This document shows, one piece after another, positions 1-15,229 of a DNA stretch of 64,000 nucleotides (its first letter is position 1; every line of letters starts with the position of its first letter). Below the pieces are notes generated by a model. It saw nothing but the letters and a program-made list of their open reading frames with translations. It did not search any database and was not told the DNA's origin. Source of the DNA: the human T2T-CHM13v2.0 reference genome, Homo sapiens. Location: the NCBI RefSeq assembly GCF_009914755.1, contig NC_060926.1. One strand, 5' to 3'. The position numbers and the translations under genes were made by a program.

Positions 1-1699
1 GTATGTCCATGTAGTGATTCTTGAAGTCTACTTTACACTGCAAGTTTTTTCTGCCTCTCACTTAGACTACTGCAGCTGTGTCCTGAGAAGTTAATATCCC
101 TTGTTCAGCACCTTTCTTTCCCTAAACTGTCCTTACTCAGCTGCCAAACTGATACTTCCAAAGTATTTTTAAAACTGTGCCCTATTTTTAAAATAACAGG
201 TGGTGACTGTTGGTTACATTACAATGGAACACCAAACTTTGTGTCACGACATGCACTGGGCTCTTTTGCGATGATGTCCCAATATAGCTTTCTAAGTTTA
301 TCACCTGTCATTCTCTCCTCCAAACTCCTCAGTGAAGCTTTGTCTAAGCAATGACGGGCTTGTTGACATTCCCAAAGGAAACATGCTCAGTCATGCTTTT
401 GTCTCTCTTTGTTCACACTGAGAAACCTGTTGTTTAGTGACTCATGTCAGAAATATCCCTAGTGAAAACTTCAGTTACATTAAGGAGGAGAAAAGAATGT
501 TAGACAAGGAAACTAAGAGTCAAACACAGATAATATTGATAGTATTGATAAATTTATCTTTTTTAGTTTGGTTATAAATGTTTACATATTATTTTTTTAA
601 AAATTATAAAAAGGAGTATTTTCCCCTAGTTTCTTGGGTAAGAGTTGGATGCTGAATTGGCTTCATTAAATATATAATCAAAAAACTAGCATCATAAATC
701 CAGGTTGGAAATCAGTTTTTCCAACATTCCTATTAGCAATAGTGTCTTACTTTTTCTGTACAGCCATGGCAACCAGTACTCTGCAAGTTATTTAGGTATA
801 GTTCACATAGGGTCTCTTTTGTGGAAAAACTGCAAGCAATATGTTTTCCTTATGAAATGAACTGAGTGAAATGAGATTATGCAATATGAGACTATCAAGT
901 TGTATTATGTAAATGCAAATAAAATATATTAGCTCTAAAGTGCCACTGGGTATTAAGAAGAGCCTAATGGGATTTACATGAATTCTCATAAATAAATCTC
1001 CTCAGGTTACCCAAGTGCTCAGATATGAGGCAAAGGACAGTGAACTGCAGTCTTTGAAATTTTATGAGATCATAGTATTCTTTGACTATTTTATACAGAA
1101 ATCACTTAATACCATTCTTCACAAAATGATGAAAGATTTTAAGATTGTTGCTTCAGTCATCAGTATTTAGTTAGCATCTAAATGTTATTTGACCCAGTTG
1201 GATTTCACTGGTTTGTAGATAAGGTAGGTCATTCTGAGAACAACATTATATAGTCAAATTCATGCCAGGTTGTTGTCATTGAAAAATGAAAGTAATATTG
1301 TCTCTTATTTAATGGGAAACTGTGGATAAAATGTAACTCACTTGAATCAGAGCTTCCATATGGTAAAAGATTATAGTGCGTAGCCTTCTGCATTTTATTA
1401 AGTAGTCAAGGTGAGAAGGTTATTTAGGCATTTGAGTATTGAAATTGGAACACTGAAAACTGAAGTAACCTTTTTGTCCCCCCTGAATAATTTGAATAAT
1501 ATAAATCTTATCATTTCTTAAAGCTTTTCTATTTCTTTTAAGGGCAATGTTTAGATTTCAGATTTTTATGTTTGTTTCCTGCCACTTATTTTTACTGTGA
1601 TCTACTACCTTCATCTGTATGCATATAAATTTATGTGTAATGTATACCTAGTGTATCAATTTTAGAATCAACCTTTTTACAGTTTTTTGTTACTGTAGG

Positions 1700-2117
1700 C
1701 AGTGCTGTGCTGGTAAATACGTAACAACAGAATTTCTGGAGGCAGAAGCCATGATTTGCAATATATGCCAATTTCCATGGTGTAAATATTTCCACCAGGG
1801 CTGATTTCAGATTATCAAAGTGACATCACTGAATGCAGAATTGGAAAGAGATGTGCAGGAACTCACCATTATATAGTATTTCTGCTGTACAGATACAATA
1901 GGCATAATGTCAACAGCATACGTAATAGTAAAATGCAGCAACATAATTAGGTGATGCTTTTTGAGTATTTATTACCTTTGTTTTTGATAAGACGTATTTC
2001 ATTTCAAGTTAATATAATTTAATTTGTAATAGTGGCTGTAACAACCAGCTCACAAGATTCTTGACAATTTAACAACCTCCTTGCTCATCCAGGTCTAAAT
2101 GTGGCTCCAGCACATTG
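1700..2117 (+). mobile_element. MER63-like hAT-Blackjack DNA transposon fossil
   Basis: Begins CAGTGCTGTGCTGGTAAAT and ends CCAGCACATTG (degenerate TIRs). Interior resembles the recalled MER63 consensus. Confidence 0.75.
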
Positions 2118-2286
2118 CCAATTGTGCGCGATGTACCGTAGTATGGATTTCAGACAAGGCTTTGAGTGGTTAAGCTTTGAATATGTTTATAAATCTGTCA
2201 GTTCCTTTCAGAAATCAGAAAGCAGAAAATTAACTAAATGAAGGAGAACTGCCTGCAGTCCATTGTTGAAACACGTAAATGATGCA

Positions 2287-2474
2287 TTATCATTCTTTGA
2301 TTCTCAGATGTCCTCCCTTCCCTCTATGTGAACATCTCTGAAATTCAGATGCATTTTATGATTTCGGTACACAGTTTCTCATAGTTTATTTTACTTTGCA
2401 ATGTTTTCCTACAGTACCTAAAATAATTGTGCATCTCAACAAGTTACAGCATCTTAGATTTGACAAAATATGGC
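2287..2474. mobile_element. MER104-like (TcMar-Tc2) MITE fossil
   Basis: Motifs GATTCTCAGATG, AACATCTCTGAAATT and terminal GCATCTTAGATTTGACAAAATATGG resemble the recalled MER104 consensus. Confidence 0.55.
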
Positions 2475-2710
2475 ATTTTAAAGTATGAGAAATTGCTGAT
2501 TTTACTAAGACACTGCTAGATTATTTTTTTTCTTATTGGCAAATGCAAGAAACTACCTTCAGGCTCCAGGAGCTGAGTATCTTAGCATTAATTCAAAATA
2601 TCTATGTACTGTGTTAGTATAAACAAGAAAGGCCCAATCTATCAAATGAAGGAAATTGACGTTAAAATGTTCTAGCTCTTAAAGCTAAAACTATCCGATT
2701 CTGATTAGAA

Positions 2711-2932
2711 AACTTTTTTTATCTTCATTATAGCTTCAGTGTTAACATCCACTGTGTGAAGAATGAAACATTAGCGTGTCTATTTCCCATAGTAATTGGC
2801 AAAATATTTTCTCCTCATCATAGCTTCAACATTAACATTTACTGTGTAAAGGGTGAAGCATGTATTAATATCTTTTAATGTTCACTGTGTAAAGAGTGAA
2901 GCATGTATTAATATCTTTTTGTAGCAATTGGC
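2711..2932. repeat. Nested local tandem duplications (about 90-bp and 43-bp periods)
   Basis: TAGCTTCA..TTAACAT..ACTGTGT occurs at 2731 and 2821. A 36-nt block at 2841-2876 recurs at 2884-2919 with 1 mismatch. Confidence 0.85.
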
Positions 2933-3499
2933 TATTTGCACTGTGTGTTTTAGAGATGTAAATAAGGGGTTGTTAATGCAGAAAAAACCTACAGGTGACA
3001 TTTGAAATGTTACCTGGGTATTCAGACCCAGAGAGATATAAATTGCCTTCAGTTCATTTCTGCTGCCAAATCATTCCATCTTCCAACTTTAGTGAAAAGC
3101 CATGTTGTATTCATGTCAAGGCAGAGAAACAAATAGTTCTTTCTGTTTTCTCCCTGCACATGGCCTGCTGGGGCAAATCAGTTTATCTGCATCATCTTCA
3201 CACATATTAATGGAATGAAGGTAGGAAAAGCAAAGGAATGGTGCTTTTCTTGTGGAGTTTGTTAGTTAATGTTTTTTTCTTTTAAAATAGAAAATAATAT
3301 TTATGTAACATTTTCCTGTTTAAAACATTCTCCATATTTAGTGAAAATATTTGAAAATGACAGAAAAGTTTAAAAATGAAATGAAAATCATCCATAATTC
3401 CAGCAATCGGAAATTAAATTTTATGCCTAACTTTTTTTGTGAATAGCTCTGATTTTTCTAGAGAAAAAATTATTTTAAGTGATATCATGTCAAGAGAAT

Positions 3500-3900
3500 G
3501 TACATTTATAAGGCTTTGTAAAGGCCTTTAGGGAATTAGATGAGTTTATACTCCTAACAATGCTATATGAGCGTGCCTATTTTCCTGCACCCATATTAAC
3601 ATCAGTTATTATCACTTAATTTGCCAAGTTAATAGCAAACAATGGTACCTCATTGTTTTAATTTAATTTGTATCTGTTTGATTATGGATGCTTTGATTTA
3701 TGAGTCTTTGATGCTTAACCTTTGATTAAGGTTGGGCTGCCTTGTATATGTTTGTTAGCTTTCTATATTTCTTTTATGAAGAGCTTATGTCCTTTGTCCA
3801 CTTTATTTTTGAATGCTTACATTTTACATGCCCATGTATAAAAACATCTCTATTTAAAGAATAAATGTTCTTGCCATGCATATTTCAAATCTTGCTTCCA
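3500..3900 (-). mobile_element. Old L1M/L1ME fragment
   Basis: Motifs like antisense L1 ORF2 3' end (TGGTACCTCATTGTTTTAATTT, GTTTGTTAGC, CTTTGTCCACTTT). Boundaries approximate. Confidence 0.5.
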
Positions 3901-3995
3901 AAACATAGGTTTTTAAAATTATAAAATAATGATGCTCATGATTGAAATTTTAGAAACTGAAAAGTATAGAGATAAAAGTCACGATAATCTCTCTT

Positions 3996-4346
3996 TGTCA
4001 TAGATATAATGTTTATGTTCCTCCAGATTCATAGGTTGACATCCTAACCCTCAATGTAATGGTATAAGAGATAGTGCCTTTGGGAGGTAATTAGGTTGTT
4101 GGGGCAGAGCCCTCATGAATAAGCTTAGTGCCCTTAAAAAGGAAGATGGAAGGAGACCCCCTGCCTCTTCCACCATGTGAGACCTCCTTGAGAAGGCACT
4201 ATCTATGAATCAGGAAGCAGACTCTCACCAGACATGGAATCTGTCAGAACCCTGATCTGGACTTCCAGCCTCTAGAACCGTGAGAAGTTTCTGTTGTGTA
4301 TATGCCACCTCATCTGTGGTGGGAACAACCTGAACTGACTAAGACA
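3996..4346 (+). mobile_element. MLT1A-type MaLR solo LTR
   Basis: TG...CA ends, CCTTTGGGAGGTAATTAGGTT, GGACTTCCAGCCTCTAGAACCGTGAGAA, ends GACTAAGACA. 5-bp TSD CTCTT/CTCCT. Confidence 0.85.
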
Positions 4347-4519
4347 CTCCTTCTTGATATAATTATTGTTTACATTTTGGGGACTTTTCCTTTTGGCTTT
4401 GCTTTTGCACTTTCACATACACTCTCTACTTACAAATTCAAATTTATGTAGTATGTTATGTTTATATCCTCATTTTTTAGTTAATATCAGAATATGACAT
4501 TATAAAAGTGATACATGCA

Positions 4520-5502
4520 TTTCTTAGTTTCAGTTTCTCCAAATGCTGACCCCGAGCCAAGGACTTGAGTGTGTATGTTGAACACATACATGCAAAACAG
4601 GCAAATCCAAGGCCTAGTAGGTTCGATGGTAAAGATCCAATGAGCCACTCTTAGATTTAGACCATTCATTACTTGCGTAGCAGTGAAAAGATGAATGAGC
4701 CACAAGGCCATGGCCTTGATCCGTCTCCCACTCTCTGAAGCAAAAGGGGCCAGATGACTACAACACCACTCCTAGAACTCCATCTAGATGGGCACAGGTA
4801 GGTTTATGTTCTTCAACTCTGTTCTGGTGGGGCTGGAGTGGAAGATCCATATCTCACCTGAATTGGGGAGGGGATGAGAAATTGTCCTGTGATCGTCGAC
4901 AAGGAGGTGAGTGGGAGGTGGCCTCATATCAACTCCTTACAGACCTTCCATCTTCTCATGTTTTGGACAGATCACAAGGCATTCCTTAAAGACTGAGTAA
5001 GTTATGGTTCAAGCCTGCAAGGTTGCCAGGTGCCACAGATGAGCTGTTTGCCTACACCAGGTGGTCTATATAGAAAGTGACCCAGGAAGCAAAAGTAATG
5101 AAATGGAAAAAGTAAAACATGGAAGAGAAAAAAAACAATAAAATGTGCATGAACGAATGTGTCATTGTTGTGGGTGACTGTGGCTCAGTCCCAATGGGAA
5201 CCCTCCTGAGGAACTGTACAGACTGTGCCTCAGGCATGTGAGGGGACAGAACCTGGGATGTTTATCCCCCTACTCTGTCTCTCATTGGTGGTGGGTTTCC
5301 CATCATTAACTCCCAGGCTTTTCCGTGGGAAGTTTTGCATGTGGGTTAAGCAAGGTCTAAAGAACCCAGAGAAAATCCCTGGTCAGAGAAGTTGAGAGAT
5401 GCAGGCCTTAAGGTTGGGATCTGTCAGTAGTTTGGGAACTGCCCACTGAAGCTGCAGGTGAACTGGGAGGTGGGCAGAAAGGCTATGGGAGGCAGAAAGA
5501 AC
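4520..5502 (-). mobile_element. LTR33-like ERVL LTR, split by a nested element
   Basis: Reverse complement matches recalled LTR33 motifs (GTTCACCTGCAGCT, ATAAACATCCCAG, GCTTCCTGGGTCAC). The LTR 3' end lies at about 4520-4575. Confidence 0.7.
4576..5056 (-). mobile_element. Unassigned LTR-like insert within LTR33
   Basis: About 480-bp block with TGT...ACA ends interrupts otherwise colinear LTR33 sequence. Family not recognised. Confidence 0.5.
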
Positions 5503-6024
5503 ATTGATGAAAAACCCAAGCATTTTAAAGAAAGAAAAATAAACAACATTAATTCCCTTACTATGAGATAATTCTATTAACATTCCAATCATATTTCTCT
5601 GCATCTTCTTCAATAATTAGATGATACTGTGTATTCAATTTTGCATTGTTTTTATACCCTGTACTATTTTATAATAATTCACTCACTACTATAAGTGCTT
5701 TGTAAACATATTTTTCCATAGACATTAAAGCTTATTTGGGGATAAAATACACATAGAACAGAATTACAAAAGTGACACAGTAAGTTAAAGGATTATTGTT
5801 CGAAAAGTTATGTGGCTATTTCATTTAGGTAATTAGTGAAGAGAGAGATAGGATGTGAGGAGGTAGCAGAAAATGCTTCATGGTGGAAAATAATTTTAAG
5901 CTGGATGCTGAAGGACTAAGCAGAGAATGGCCCAGATGTTTAAGAGTTATCAGCTAAATTAGACCTCAGATAATGGTATGAGTGCAGATTCTGAAACATG
6001 ATTAAGCAAACTCTATTAGGAGAT

Positions 6025-6316
6025 TGAGGTAGGCAGAATAATGACCCTCACCCCACCCCACGAAGATGTCCACTTCCTCATCCTTGGAAACTGTGAATAT
6101 GTTACATTATAATACAAAGGGCAATTTAGGTTGCAGATGGAAGTAAATTTGCTTATAAGGTGACCTTAAGTTAGGGAGATCAGCCTGTATGATCAGGTGG
6201 GCCCAATCTCATCCCCAGAATTCTTAAAAGGGGAAGGCAGAGGCAGAAGAGTTGTCAGAGTGATAAGAGAAGACTGCAGTCTGTCATTGCTGGCTTTGAA
6301 GATGGAGGAAGGCCCC
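6025..6316 (+). mobile_element. MLT1D-type MaLR LTR, 5' part
   Basis: GGCAGAATAATG..AAGATGTCCAC..CTGTGAATATGTTAC..TTGCTGGCTTTGAAGATGGAGGAAGG. Confidence 0.8.
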
Positions 6317-6399
6317 CTCACACCCACCCCAAGGAAGAACCCCCACCTCCACCCCATGCTTTTTTCCCTAACCAAGAAAGTTTTGTGTGTTCATGTATT

Positions 6400-9060
<2,661 letters not shown>

Positions 9061-9999
9061 CAGAGCTCTTACTTTTGCTTTAGAAGCCATTATTAGACTG
9101 TCATTATTTACCTACAGCATTTGGTGTGGTTATACATGAATATGAGAGTAAAATTATATATATTTTTTATGGTAGATATGTAACAAAGTTTACATATTAC
9201 TTCACCTTGGTGTGCTTGGTGCCTGTTGAGTGCTGTCCTGGATTTGCTAAGCCCTTGATTTGCTTGTCCCTTTTTAAGTAGCATAGGTATAGACCCCAAA
9301 GATGAAGCTTCTTTTTGATCTAACAGTGGTGCTTTAGGGGAGCCTGAACAGTTTGTTGTCCCTTTGTTTTGTAGGTAATGTCCTGCCTTCTCCTCCCCAA
9401 TTGAATAAGCTAATGAAAAGAAATTGATTTGGTTTAGTTAGTGTGGCTAGCTTAGATATCTGAGTCAATGCCACTTATGGAGAGTTGTGCTTTCAATACT
9501 TGTCTCTCTGTTCAGCCAGTGAAGGCAGTGCACTTTGGAAGAAATCAGGTTTAACCACACTTAAGCATTCAGCAGGGAATACTTAGACGCCTCCTTCTTC
9601 TTATTGCTGTGCAAGAATGCCCTGTAGGAGACATTTGGGTGGTGCTACCTCTTTGACCTTCAGCGTCCAGGAGATGTGTGCTGCCTTTCAGATTCATTCT
9701 TATCTTGGAAGCCTAGAGCTTCTCCCCTGGTTTACACATTGCTACTGCTGCATTTTTCCTTCTAGAAAGGTTTTGTCACTTTTCTGTTGTCCTTTCTATA
9801 ATACCTATTTACTTTTTGCTTGACAGGGTCTCTTATTGTCTCCCTACTTAAGCAGATTCTTTTTTTGTAAGGTCCTCTCGCACGCCATCTTACCTGGGAA
9901 GAGTGCTGCAGTGGGAGAGGGATGATGAAAGGGTTGGAGTACATCCAATAACATCAGCATTACAACACAAGAGCAAACCTTTTAATAGTTTGGAAGTAT

Positions 10000-10170
10000 T
10001 TCCCCATGTATCACCTTTATCTCCTCTATTCATCTCAATCGCCTTTGATCCTCAGAATTATTTGAATCAGGAAGAGCAGCATTATTTTCTCTATGCCACA
10101 GAGAAAAAGTGACTCAGTGGAATCACAGAGCTATTAAATGGCTGAACAGGGACTATAGTCCCATGCTTGT
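10000..10170 (-). mobile_element. MIR fragment
   Basis: TTTGATCCTCA..ATTATT..ACTCAG..CACAGAGCTATTAAATGG resembles the MIR core. Confidence 0.45.
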
Positions 10171-10674
10171 TCTAGCAATATTTGCTGAGATGTAAGCTGC
10201 ACAAGGTGGAGCTCCTTTATACGAAGGTGATGTCCTACAAATAGCACAGATGTAATTGAAAATGGGTTATTTTCTCTTTTCCTGAATGAATTTCACCTAT
10301 TTGCAAATGGACATAACTTTGAAACTGGCAGGCACATTTATCTCCTTTATGTCTCTCTGCTCTGGTGGTGCTTGGCCCTTGATCATAACCTGGGGTGAGA
10401 GATGATGTGCATTAACTGTGTTTCTGCCATTTTTCATTATTTTGTGAATGCCATTATATTTGAAAATTCTATCTAGGGAAGCTGTATACTAACTTCTTGC
10501 ATAAAGAGCCTGTGAACAATTTTGTCAGCTAAGTATTTACTGGTAAACTCACTTACTCACTCAGAATTTTTTAATATCCCTCAATAAGTGCCGTTTAGTG
10601 AGACTTCAACTACTTGAGGAGTTTGGGGAGTTTTTCTGCTCTTACAAAAGAGCCGGTGATAAGAAGAAATAATA

Positions 10675-11175
10675 TATCAAGCCATGAAAAGACATGGAGA
10701 AACCTTAAATATTGCTAAGTAAAATGTGCCAATCTGAAAAGGCTACGTACTATAAGATTCCAGCCATATGGCATTTGGAAAAGGCAGAGCTATAGAGATA
10801 GGAAAATGATTGATTGGTGGTTGCCAGGTGCTCATGGGGAGAGTGGGTGGGATGAATTAAGTAGAGCATCAGGCATTTTTAGGGCTCTGAAACTATTCCA
10901 TATGATACTATAATGGTGGACACATTATGCATTTTTCAAAAACCATAGAACTCTACAACACAGGGTGAAACCTAATGTAAAATATGGATTTTGGTCAATA
11001 ATAAATCAACTTTGGTTCATCAGTTGTGGCAAATGTACCACACAAATGCAAGATGCTAATAATAGGGGAAATTGTTTTTGGAGGAGGAGAGAAGGTATAT
11101 AGGAATTCTGTATACTTTCTCCTCGATTTTTCTGTAAGTCCAAAATTGCTCCAAAAAGTAAAGTCTATTAATTAT
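10675..11175 (+). mobile_element. L1MC1/2-like 3' end
   Basis: CAAGCCATGAAAAGACATGGAG, GCCAATCTGAAAAGGCTAC, GGTTCATCAGTTGT..AAATGTACCAC, ends AAAGTCTATTAA. Confidence 0.85.
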
Positions 11176-11841
11176 GTATCAAACAAAACTAGTGTTCCTT
11201 GTGCCCTGCAGTACATATGGAGACACCGGAAGTACTAAGGAGCTCTTCTCTGCAACAGGCTTTGTATTCTTTGGAGAGACAAGCTGCACACATATGACTC
11301 TGTATATATTTATTACGTTTATAAAAAACCTCTGTGTTTGGAATCGCCTTTGTTAGTTCCCCTGAACTTTCTGAACAATTTCCTTTTCTTTAATCTGAAA
11401 TATCACTAATCTTGGTCTTAGCTCAAGGGTGAATCTTAAAGGCAATGTGAAATTCAATTTCTTCAAATATGACTTATGAGACTGACACAAGAATAAAAAC
11501 ACTGAAATTATTATTTTTTTATTTAGCCCGTAGGCATTTTAACACTCATAAATCATAAATAACCACAGTTAAACATCCAATTTTGCAGGGCTCAAGTCCT
11601 TTAGAAAAACTACAGTTGAAGAAAAAACAATTTCTTCCCTGGGATGTATTTATTTCATTTTCTGGTATCCAAAACTTATTACAAATGCAGTAACTATAGT
11701 TGTGCAAGAAGAGAGACTACTTTAAAATTTATGTGAGTAAAAACACAAGGAATTAAATATTTTATATCCAGCTTGATATAAAACAGGTAGCCTTCTCTGC
11801 ACTAAAGACATTGTTGGCAGAAGCAAATAATAATATAAAGT

Positions 11842-11913
11842 TTATGCCTTTCTGTGTTCTCATCTCTTACATGATATTTAGTCCTTTTCACTTTTAATTT
11901 GAATCAGCAAGTA
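11842..11913 (+). repeat. 72-bp direct repeat, copy 1
   Basis: 71/72 identical to 13070-13141. Confidence 0.95.
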
Positions 11914-12246
11914 CACTAAAACTGCCACGCAGCAGAGCACAGGATAATCAGCCAACAAGGAGAAGAGTGAAGCTTTCCTGGCAAGCATTGCACACACAAA
12001 CCTCCAAAATTACTGGTTATGTTGAGCAATAACCAATGTGGTTATATGTATGGACATTATGTAAAGGGGTTTTATAAGCAATATCTCAGAGACTAACTCT
12101 ATTATTAAACAGGGGCCAGAGCTCCAGAGTGGTTTTAACTAAGAAGTTTTACTGACCGACAGAAATTGGCTAATGTTTGTTTATTGGCATTTGTTTTGTA
12201 ATTTTCACAAGAACATAATCCCCTTTCTGAAGAAATTATTTCTTGA

Positions 12247-12451
12247 CAGAGGTTGGATAAACTGTGGCTCTTGAGCCAAATCTAACCTACAGCTTGTTTT
12301 TCTATAGCCTATCACCTTCTTTTGTACAGCTCACTAGCTAAGAATGGTTTTTATATTTTTTATGGGTTTTAAAAAATGTAACAAAGACCATATGTGGCCC
12401 AGAAAGCCTAAAATAGTTCTATCTGGTTCTTTACAGGTTTGCCAACACTTG
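12247..12451. mobile_element. MER58-type hAT-Charlie MITE
   Basis: CAGAGGTTGG..GCCAAATC..AGACCATATGTGGCCC..AAAGCCTAAAATA..GTTTGCCAACACTTG. Confidence 0.8.
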
Positions 12452-13069
12452 CCTTAGAAGACAGAAGCTAGTAGGTTCAATTCATTGCACCTTGTTTCCT
12501 GTAACTAGCTCGTCTCTGTTTCCTTCACCACAAAACAGCTGGAATAATTTAAAGCATTTTTACCTCCTTTACTGAAGAACCTTTAGTGTGTTCCTGTTTA
12601 TATTGTTAATAAAATATTTCAGTTCTTCTAATAACTAGCATCTGCTGCTCAATCTAAGTCCAAAACAAAATAATAAATAAGATAATGGGTGATTGATGAA
12701 GGCCAAACCTCATTTTTATCACTGCTAAAGGCTGTTTAAGGGCGTGGCTTTGTGTAAGGGCCAAAATAACTCTTACCTACCGCTAAGCAGTGTGGGACCG
12801 GAGCAGGATTCACCATGTGAGGAGCACAGCGTGGTGTGCCTCTGCAGACAGCCTCTCCCAAGAAAAAGGAGGGCCTAAGAGCCCTGACCATTCTCAGTTA
12901 ATTTCTAAGTTTACCAACTACACAGATCATTCTTCCTCCAAAAGGAAGAAATAAGTAAATCGGTAAACAGAAGCCACGGATCAAATGCTTTCAGTGCTTG
13001 ATTCTCTTTGGAGAAAAACTGAGTTATAGGGAAGCGGTACTTCTCCCTAAAATATTCAGCTATAAATCC

Positions 13070-13141
13070 TTATGCCTTTCTGCGTTCTCATCTCTTACAT
13101 GATATTTAGTCCTTTTCACTTTTAATTTGAATCAGCAAGTA
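13070..13141 (+). repeat. 72-bp direct repeat, copy 2
   Basis: 71/72 identical to 11842-11913. The only difference is CG versus TG. Confidence 0.95.
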
Positions 13142-13524
13142 TATCGCTGGAAGGGATGTTGTCCCTTCCTTTTTGCCCCAGCCTACCTCTCCAATTTAAC
13201 CTCTCATTATTCTCCTTTGCTTCAGCATAAAATGACATTAAATATACATTGCTAGGGCTGTCTCTGCACTTTGACTCTTGTAATATTCCCAATTAGTGAT
13301 GTCCTTCTTCTGTAATAACTATTCATCCTTTGCATAAAACTCCATTGCAGAATTTACTTCTTCCAGGGACTCTTTGCTGTTTTCCTTTTTTATTCTTTGT
13401 TGTTTAAATTACACAACGGTTTGCACTATCTTCTATTGAGCATCGTTCCATTTCCTGAATTTTTATTTTTATGCGGTAGCATGTTTCAGGAACAAGATTC
13501 CTGGATTAAGGACTGGCGGTTTCA

Positions 13525-13625
13525 CAGCTACCATTGTCTAGCACTTATATTCGAGGCACGATGCTAAGTGCTTTTGACACATGCTCTCATTTAATTTCAT
13601 AGCAGCCCTAAAGAAGCAGATCATA
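13525..13625 (-). mobile_element. MIR fragment
   Basis: AGCTACCATT..GCACTTA..AGGCAC..TGCTAAGTGCTT..CTCATTTAAT. Confidence 0.6.
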
Positions 13626-14927
13626 AGTAGGTTACGCGCTTTGAAATACAATATGCTGTTCAAAAAAATGAGAACTGTTATTTAATAAGGTCATGGATAA
13701 GTTTCCTAAGATATTTACCTATATTTATTTATGTCAGTAAATTTTCAGGTTCTCAAGGAGTGGGTTGTGGCTCCTCCTGTGTGGTTTTCATTGCATCTAG
13801 CAGATTATTCTGAATAAAAATAAATATCTATTTATTTTTATTTCTAGTACTATAAATTAATAATAAAAGGAATAAAATTAATTCTAACATGTTACGCAAA
13901 CCAGCTGGGAGTTAATGGTGTAACAGAGGAAAGAAAGAAAAACTTGAAAATAAAAAATCGGTGAACAGTGTAGATTTTTTTTTCTTCTTTAACTTGTTAA
14001 AATGCAAAATGAAAGAATAATAAACTGATTTTTCATACTCTCCCACCAAGATTCAATAATTGTCAACTCATGTTTCATCTATATCCCACCCACTTCAGCT
14101 TAATTTGAAGAAAATTCCAGATATTCTATCAGTTTATCTGTGAAGGTTTCCCTATATATTTGTAAAAGATAAGCATTCTTTTTAAAACAAAGTGACCATT
14201 TTATTGTCCAAAAAGTTAACAATAATTCCTTAATATCATCAAGTATTCAGTTAATGATTACATTTTTCCAGTTGTGCACATTTATTTTAAGGTTATTTTG
14301 AATCAGGATCTGAATAAGATCTGTGCAGTGTAATTGTCTGACATGTTGCTTAAATCTTTAATCTACATGTTGCTTCTTCATCTTCCCCCCTCCCTTTATA
14401 ATTTGTTTTTTAAGAGAAGCTGAGTTGTATTACTTTGATAGATTCTCATAGTGTGGACTTTACTGATTTCATCTCATAGTGTCATTTACCATATTTCCTT
14501 ACTCCCTATATTCTTGCAAACTGATGGTCATATGTAGAGGCTTGATCAGATTCAAGTTCAAATATTTTATCAGGAATGTTTGTGGTATTAGGTACTTCTA
14601 GGAATTTCTGTTTGTTTCTTTTGTGATGTTAGCAGCCACTGACAATAACTGGCTAAATCCATTAACTTATTAAGAATTGCAAAATGGTGGTATTCTAATT
14701 TATCATTCCTTATTTATTTGCTAGGATACTTCTGTAAAGAGAAATAGCACTGCATTAGCTATTGTGCTACTTTGAGATACATTTATGTACTCTGAGATAA
14801 ATACTTAGTTCATTTTTTTGACCATTTGAGTTAACTATTTTTCAAAATAATGAATCACTTCTCTAACATTTTTCAAAGGTGACTAACAAGATTCATTTTT
14901 TTAAGAATCATTATGAACTCCTGAATC

Positions 14928-15229
14928 CAGTAAAGTGTTACTTAACGATGGGGATATGTCCTGAGAAATGAATCACTGGGCAATTTCATTGTGTGAACAT
15001 CAGAGTATACTTATGCGAACCTAGAAGGTGTAACCTGCTATACTTCTAGGCTACAACTCTGTACAGCATGGTACTTTACTGAATACAATAGGCAATTGCA
15101 CTACAATGTTACCATGGCTACAGCATCATTAGGTGATAGGAATTTTTCAGCTTCGTTATAATATTATGGGACCATCATTTTGCATGCTGTCCATCATTGA
15201 CGTAAATGTCATTATGTCACACATGACTA
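14928..15229. mobile_element. Tigger3/MER7-type MITE
   Basis: CTTAACGATGGGGATATGTCCTGAGAAATG, CTAGGCTACAA..TGTACAGCATG, ends CACATGACTA (degenerate TIR). Confidence 0.85.

Noticed and set aside
11195-11300. Possible exon after TTCCTTGTGCCCTGCAG with a CCGGAAGT ETS motif
   Set aside because: No convincing donor or recognisable peptide, and single motifs are expected by chance.
11842-13141. 72-bp repeats as LTRs of a new mini-retroelement or as snoRNAs
   Set aside because: No TG...CA ends, PBS, PPT or outer TSD, and no convincing C/D or H/ACA boxes.
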